A stretch of 64,000 bases of DNA from an uncultured Oligoflexus sp. GTDB taxonomy: Bacteria; Bdellovibrionota_B; Oligoflexia; Oligoflexales; Oligoflexaceae. Of this stretch, positions 58,768-64,000 are shown in pieces (positions within the stretch are counted from its first letter, which is position 1; every line of letters starts with the position of its first letter). Below the pieces are notes generated by a model, which was given only the letters and a program-made list of their open reading frames with translations, searched no databases and was not told where the DNA came from. Location of the stretch: NCBI GenBank assembly GCA_964236955.1, contig CAXSGP010000003.1, positions 1-64,000 of the forward strand, given 5' to 3'. A program made the position numbers and the translations under genes.

Positions 58768-60918
58768 TTAATTCAGGCTTAGTTCCGCGTTGCTAAAGGG
58801 AGGGTGCTTATGCTGAATCTGAAGCTGCCGCATCGTTTCAAGAAGCTCCCTGGCCTGGAGAGGTTTGGTAAGAAATGCTGAAAATCCTGCATCCATCGCC
58901 TGTTGTCGCGCTTCCGGCGTCACACAGGCAGAAAAAGCCACGGCGATGAAGTCGTGCCGTGCGGATTTTTTCAATCGACGAACGAGTTCGAAGCCATTGA
59001 TATCGGGCAGTCCCAGATCGGTGAGGACCAGGCTGGGGTGCACGCGGTGGAAGGCTTCAATCGCTTCCGATGAATTGAGACAAGCGATAATCTCAATGCC
59101 CTCTCCAGACAATAGGCTGTCGAGCAGATGCAGTGTGAAAGGATCGTCTTCGACGATCACCATGCTCTGTCGGCTCGGGCTGAGCATGGACACGGTCGGG
59201 GGCAGGGGTACGGGGACCTGCTGCGGTTGAATGGGGCTGGCCTTGGCATTGCGATTCGGTCTTTTTAAACTTAAAGAAAACAGCATGCCCGGCTTGGGAT
59301 TCAAGCTTGCTGCGGTCAGGCGGCCGCCCTGAAGGTCGATGAGTTTTTTTGCGGTGTAGAGGGCCACATCAAAATTGGTGGCCGTGAGAAAGGCTTCAGG
59401 GGCCATACCCTGACCAGCCTGCAGTAAATTGAGCACGTGCTGCTGATCGCTCGAATAACCGCTATGTTTGAGGTGAAGGATGACATCGCGGTGCTGCGTG
59501 CTCGCATGCAGGCTTATCACTGCGTTATCTTTGCCGAACTGCGTCAGATGCTCAAAGAGTTTTTGTAAAGCCAGGCTCAGTTGCTCCCGATCGCCAAGAA
59601 TAAGGCTGTGGTTGAGAGGGCGTTCATAGCGAAATTCCAGTTGTTTCTTGGTCGCTTCTTCGCGCCACAAAAGACAAAGCTCACTCAATAGATCGGCCAG
59701 ATCAAAGGTATCCCTTCTAATCAATTGATGCCCCATGCTGATGCGAACGGAATCGCGCAGTTCTTCAAGCATCTTCGTCTGTCGCTCGATGCTTAATTGG
59801 ATGCCGTCGCTGGCATCATGAATAGCCTGGGTTGATCCATTTTCCTTGAGAAGCTGCGACCACATATAAATTGGAGTAAGCGGGCTTCGCAAATCCTGGG
59901 TGCTCCGTAAAACCAGACGTTCTAAGGTCTGGCTCAACGATCGCCACTCCCGACGGTTCGCCTCGAGTTCCACGATTTGATTGTGGGCCTGAGCTAAATC
60001 TTCGGCTTTTTTGGCCAGTGCGGTTTTGTATTCGTAGCGCTTTTTTTCAATAAGGTATCCGACGCTGAAGCTTGCGGTCATAAGGACGATTTGAAAAGGC
60101 AGGGCGCTGTCTATCACGCCTGAGTCGTTATAGGGCCAGGCCTGGTAAAGCCAAAGGTGAATGGCGAAGGCATAGGCCAGCGCCCCTCTTAATCGAAAGT
60201 GATAAACGATAAAAACGGCGGGTAGAAAGATTATGTAATAGAGCGACGCCAGTTCTTCGGAAGGTCTCGGCAAACCCAGCGCCAGGAAGGGTAGCAAGGC
60301 AAAGAGCAGGTCCTGAAGATCAAGGGATTGCTGTTCCCGGCCGGTGCCGCGATAGACCAGATGATCGATGAAGGGAATAAAAATAAAAGTGTAGAAGGGA
60401 AAGCTCGCGAAAAAATTTACCGCATCCCGGATTGTCAGCTGGGTCGCCCAGATGCTGGCAGGTATGGGGTCGATCAGCTCATAGCGAGTTAAAATTGACC
60501 AGGCGAGGCGCGCCGTGAGGCCACAGGTTAAGAGTCCAAGGCAGAAGAAAAAACATGACTTGACGAAGGTATTGAAATGGGTTTCGCGTAATTTGATCCA
60601 TATAATAGCGGCAAGACTATAACAGGCGGTCATGATAATGCCGAGAAACATCCCCGTCACGGAGCGACCCTCATGCCAGATGAAGTAGCCGTTGACGAAG
60701 ACGCTCAGAAACAAGACAAACCAAAAGCGAATCCCCAGCGTGACTATCAAGGCCAGACCCAAGGCCTGGGAAACCAGCCACGGGAAATGAACCGCATCCT
60801 GTTGGAAGCGAAAAAAAATCATATCGAGTGCGAAGGCCAGAATTAAGTAGACTACCGTGATCGTGGCATCTCGGTCATGGGACACTCCGCGTTGGCGCGT
60901 CGCTAGCTTCTCGCGCAT
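58768..60918 (-). CDS. MASE1-like hybrid sensor with a degenerate histidine kinase and an intact receiver domain
   Basis: Multi-TM N-terminus; H-box reads STQDLRSPL (His to Gln); eroded N and G boxes; REC VEDD..LTDLGLPD..SA..LTKP. Confidence 0.8.
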   Translation of the reverse strand: MREKLATRQRGVSHDRDATITVVYLILAFALDMIFFRFQQDAVHFPWLVSQALGLALIVTLGIRFWFVLFLSVFVNGYFIWHEGRSVTGMFLGIIMTACYSLAAIIWIKLRETHFNTFVKSCFFFCLGLLTCGLTARLAWSILTRYELIDPIPASIWATQLTIRDAVNFFASFPFYTFIFIPFIDHLVYRGTGREQQSLDLQDLLFALLPFLALGLPRPSEELASLYYIIFLPAVFIVYHFRLRGALAYAFAIHLWLYQAWPYNDSGVIDSALPFQIVLMTASFSVGYLIEKKRYEYKTALAKKAEDLAQAHNQIVELEANRREWRSLSQTLERLVLRSTQDLRSPLTPIYMWSQLLKENGSTQAIHDASDGIQLSIERQTKMLEELRDSVRISMGHQLIRRDTFDLADLLSELCLLWREEATKKQLEFRYERPLNHSLILGDREQLSLALQKLFEHLTQFGKDNAVISLHASTQHRDVILHLKHSGYSSDQQHVLNLLQAGQGMAPEAFLTATNFDVALYTAKKLIDLQGGRLTAASLNPKPGMLFSLSLKRPNRNAKASPIQPQQVPVPLPPTVSMLSPSRQSMVIVEDDPFTLHLLDSLLSGEGIEIIACLNSSEAIEAFHRVHPSLVLTDLGLPDINGFELVRRLKKSARHDFIAVAFSACVTPEARQQAMDAGFSAFLTKPLQARELLETMRQLQIQHKHPPFSNAELSLN

Positions 60919-61324
60919 GCCTTGCTCCCGAAAGATATAATCAAATTTTTCTAGTCGAAACCTAAGCTTTCCCTGCAGGACTTGCAAGAATAGTCATCGA
61001 TCCTTACTTTTTCATCAAGTTCGATTTGCTTTAAATCGCAAGAACCATGTGGGATGATAGCCATATTTGCGAATTCTGCAGATTAAAAGCGAGCGTCGAT
61101 CGGCGGTGCATGGGAATCACAGGGCTCGCATCGATCCGAGATTTCATGGCAAGGATACGCAACCAACATTTTTCGACAGGAATATCAGCGAAGGATCTGC
61201 AAAAGTTTGACAAGCGAAGCGGAATTGTGAAGATTATAGTGTCTTAGCCAAATCTTAAAGATCGCAGCGCTCACTGCTGAGGGTTAAGATTCAAGCTTTT
61301 TTTGGATACGTAAATGGGGGTCTT

Positions 61325-62746
61325 ATGCAGTTTCGTGATGCCAGTCGATTGCTGTCGGTCTCGGTTCTTGGTTTTGGCGGTCTCGTATCCACTCACGCGG
61401 TTTTTGCAGCCGGCTTCGCCTTGAGAAGCCATTCTGCAAGCGGTGTCGGCACGTCCTTGGCGTCCGACACGGTCAACACTTACGATGCCTCGGGACTCCT
61501 TTCGAACCCCGCTATCATGAGTGCTTTCAAGGGCAACCATGTGAGCTTTAACCTCAACTACACCGATGCCAATATCGAGGCCAATGACGCAAGTCTCAAA
61601 CTCGCAAGCGGTCCCGATCATCCTGTTCAAGGCAAGAATTTCGAAGAGAACGTCTCTGAGCCCATTTCTATTCCTTCCATCTATGGAATCTTTCAGGTTT
61701 CAGATCAGGCTCATGTGGGCTTTAGTTTCAACGTTCCCTACGGAACCAACACACAGTATGACGATTCCTGGACTGGCCGCTATTACGGAACCAAGACGTC
61801 ATTGAAATCTTACGACGTCGCCCTCCATGGATCTTTCAAGATCAACGAGGACTACACGGTAGGACTCAGTCTCGACTGGCAGCAGGCTAAAGGCGAGCTG
61901 GCTTCGGCGGTTGATCTTGGCCTTGCGTACTTCAAAGGTGTTCAGGATGCGGCCGCTGCCGGTCAGATTCCGGCCGCTCAGGCTCCAGCCGCAATTCAAG
62001 CTGCCGCTGCCGGGATTGGCCATGCCGATTCCATCGTAACTTATAAAGGCGACAGCACGGCTTTTGCCTGGGGACTTGGCTTTCTTGGCAAACCGACGCA
62101 AACCAGTCGTATCGGGCTTTCCTATAAGGCTGGAGTCAAGCATGAAGCGAAGGGGGATTTGATCTGGGGCCCAACCAACAATGGGGCAACGACGATTCTA
62201 ACAACTCTTCGTGCCTCACCTCTCGGCACCCGATTTAAAGACAACAGCGACGCCAAGCTGCAGCTTAACCTTCCAGCGGTTACCTCTTTGGGTTATGCCC
62301 AGGAGCTCGGCGCATTCACAGTCTACGGCAACGCCACCCATACAGCGTGGAGCACTTTGTCAGAGCTTAGTCCAGAATGGGCTGGCCAAAAGTCAGTGAC
62401 CAAACTCGAATGGAAGGATTCCCTTTACCTCGCAGTCGGTGGCGACTATCGCCTCGCTCCTGATTGGACATTGCGGGCCGGTGTCGGCCGGGATCAAAGC
62501 GTGACCGATGAAGACCATAGAACACCCCGTACACCCGATGGCGATCGCACCGCTCTCTCAATGGGCGCCAGCTATAAAATAGACGCTCTCGACTTCAGTT
62601 TTGCTTTCCAGCATCTCTTCCTCGAAGATACGAAGAGCAATCTTCAGGCGTTGGCTTACAAAGACAACAATGGCCGAGGAACATACAAAGCGAATTACGC
62701 TATTCATCCTAACATTGCCGTCGTTTCTGCAGGCTACGGCTTCTGA
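61325..62746 (+). CDS. fadL: Long-chain fatty acid outer-membrane transporter (FadL/OmpP1/TodX)
   Basis: AGFAL..S..G.S, DAS...NPA, VPYG..T.Y...W.GRY, W.D, LRAG..D.S, RTPD.DR, terminal Phe. Confidence 0.88.
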   Translation: MQFRDASRLLSVSVLGFGGLVSTHAVFAAGFALRSHSASGVGTSLASDTVNTYDASGLLSNPAIMSAFKGNHVSFNLNYTDANIEANDASLKLASGPDHPVQGKNFEENVSEPISIPSIYGIFQVSDQAHVGFSFNVPYGTNTQYDDSWTGRYYGTKTSLKSYDVALHGSFKINEDYTVGLSLDWQQAKGELASAVDLGLAYFKGVQDAAAAGQIPAAQAPAAIQAAAAGIGHADSIVTYKGDSTAFAWGLGFLGKPTQTSRIGLSYKAGVKHEAKGDLIWGPTNNGATTILTTLRASPLGTRFKDNSDAKLQLNLPAVTSLGYAQELGAFTVYGNATHTAWSTLSELSPEWAGQKSVTKLEWKDSLYLAVGGDYRLAPDWTLRAGVGRDQSVTDEDHRTPRTPDGDRTALSMGASYKIDALDFSFAFQHLFLEDTKSNLQALAYKDNNGRGTYKANYAIHPNIAVVSAGYGF

Positions 62747-62751
62747 TTTTC

Positions 62752-62776
62752 AGGGTCCCCTCGGGGGCCTTTTTTC
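62752..62776 (+). terminator. Intrinsic terminator
   Basis: GC-rich hairpin ggtcccc-tc-gggggcc followed by a T-run. Confidence 0.65.
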
Positions 62777-62935
62777 TTTGTCCATCCTCGCGCACATACT
62801 CTTGTCAGCGTAGATTTAGGATGCTAAAACCCGTAAGATATCATAAAGTGAGGCGCTTTTAAGGCAGTTCTCAGGAATAAAGGCAAGGCCTGCTATTGAT
62901 ATTACGTCTATCGTTCTTTGGCTCTTGGAGATTAC

Positions 62936-63388
62936 ATGCGTTATCTAATGCTTTCGGCTACTTTTCTCGCGACTTTGACCGCTTGTGACTGGAACAGCAA
63001 AGAAGATTATCATCCGAAAGCTGAATACGAGACCTTCTTGAAACAGCAGGAAGAGACAGCCCATGCGTCAGCTGAGGCGGTCGCGAGCGGTACCGCTCCG
63101 GCAGCTGTAGAAGAGCCGGGTAAAAAAACTTTCGAAACCTTTTGTGTAGCCTGCCACGGCGCAAATGGAAAAGCTGACGGTCCTGCAGCTTTGGCTTTAA
63201 AGCCGATGCCTAGAAATTTTACCGACAAAAGCTGGCAAGCTAAAGTCGATGATGCCCATATTCATAAAGTCATCAAGGAAGGTGGCGCTTCGGTTGGACT
63301 TAGCGCGACTATGGCACCCTGGGGTGGCGCGATAAAAGACGACGAAATCGATCAGGTCGTCAAATACGTCAGACACTTTGGACAATAA
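62936..63388 (+). CDS. Monoheme c-type cytochrome lipoprotein
   Basis: Lipobox LTAC; CVACHG; P.PRNFT; distal MAPW. Confidence 0.9.
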   Translation: MRYLMLSATFLATLTACDWNSKEDYHPKAEYETFLKQQEETAHASAEAVASGTAPAAVEEPGKKTFETFCVACHGANGKADGPAALALKPMPRNFTDKSWQAKVDDAHIHKVIKEGGASVGLSATMAPWGGAIKDDEIDQVVKYVRHFGQ

Positions 63389-63424
63389 TGGCGGGACTTG
63401 CCCCCAAACGCCGCCTATAGAACG

Positions 63425-63460
63425 AAAAAAGACCTTCGAAAAGATCGAAGGTCTTTTTTT
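63425..63460. terminator. Bidirectional intrinsic terminator
   Basis: aaaaaagaccttcga-aaaga-tcgaaggtctttttt. Confidence 0.75.
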
Positions 63461-63478
63461 CATGGGATGGATTTTGAA

Positions 63479-63841
63479 TCAAAAATTTACAGTATCGTAA
63501 CGGGTGAATATCTCTATCAGATCGATGTCGCTTGCTTGACCAGGGGTCAGCTCAATACCGCAGCGTTGCATCAGTTCATTTTTTTCCCCGTCACCGCCAT
63601 CGCCATAAATATGTTTCACGGTGAAACGAAGGGGGCTACGACCCTGCTTCTCAAATTCGACCTGCACTTCTTCACCTTCTGCCGGGCAGGGCCCTAAGAG
63701 GATGCCAAGGCCCTTACGCGAGATGTCTAAGGCCAGGAATCGGAGTTCATGGCTCTGATGAACCATACGGCCCGGAAGATCACCGACGAAGACGCAACGA
63801 TTTTCGCTTCGTCGGTCTATTTCTCGTTTTGCTTGTGCCAT
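63479..63841 (-). CDS. Stand-alone PilZ-domain protein
   Basis: RRSENR (RxxxR) and DISRKG (DxSxxG) c-di-GMP motifs. Confidence 0.8.
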   Translation of the reverse strand: MAQAKREIDRRSENRCVFVGDLPGRMVHQSHELRFLALDISRKGLGILLGPCPAEGEEVQVEFEKQGRSPLRFTVKHIYGDGGDGEKNELMQRCGIELTPGQASDIDLIEIFTRYDTVNF

Positions 63842-64000
63842 AAGTGTCGCCTTTCCGCCGCATTCATCCCTCACAAACGGGTGATCGGCGCAATCTCCAA
63901 TCCGTCTTAGAATTACGCAGCAAAATATTAATTATGCATAAATTTCGGGTGCTTAATAGAATACTTTAATGAGACAGTTGGCAGCCAAAAAATCCTGATG

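Noticed and set aside
1..64000. CRISPR arrays, tRNA/rRNA, IS elements, prophage
   Set aside because: No regularly spaced repeats, cloverleaf signatures, transposase, integrase or phage ORFs recognised by eye; not a computed scan

Overview
A gene-dense chromosomal segment. It probably comes from an Oligoflexia/Bdellovibrionota-type bacterium, inferred from the CglF-like gliding gene, the TIGR04552-like protein, the short NuoG, the many Cys-rich secreted proteins and the sigma28-like promoters. Housekeeping blocks are ccmABCDE-ccmG (ccmD is missing from the ORF track), ttcA, recA, glpD, a complete nuoA-N operon, a PilT-family ATPase, fadL and a c-type cytochrome. I saw no rRNA, tRNA, CRISPR array, transposase or phage genes. 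The most unusual element is a two-gene operon at 13230-17413. It encodes a 1181-aa protein joining two PilZ-like domains, a FeeM/LuxI-like GNAT acyltransferase, a V4R/HNOB-like pocket, a TM hairpin, a GAF domain and a class III nucleotide cyclase. That gene is translationally coupled to a heme-oxygenase-like dimetal oxidase, so the pair is a candidate self-contained 'make a lipid signal, sense it, output cAMP' system. Other oddities are a degenerate AsnB fused to an Mpo1/DUF962-like domain, a pseudo-histidine kinase, a CHASE2 sensor with no output domain, a resolvase-like relic after recA, a Kazal-like lipoprotein and a set of FliA-like promoters. All family assignments come from motif recognition by eye, not from database searches.
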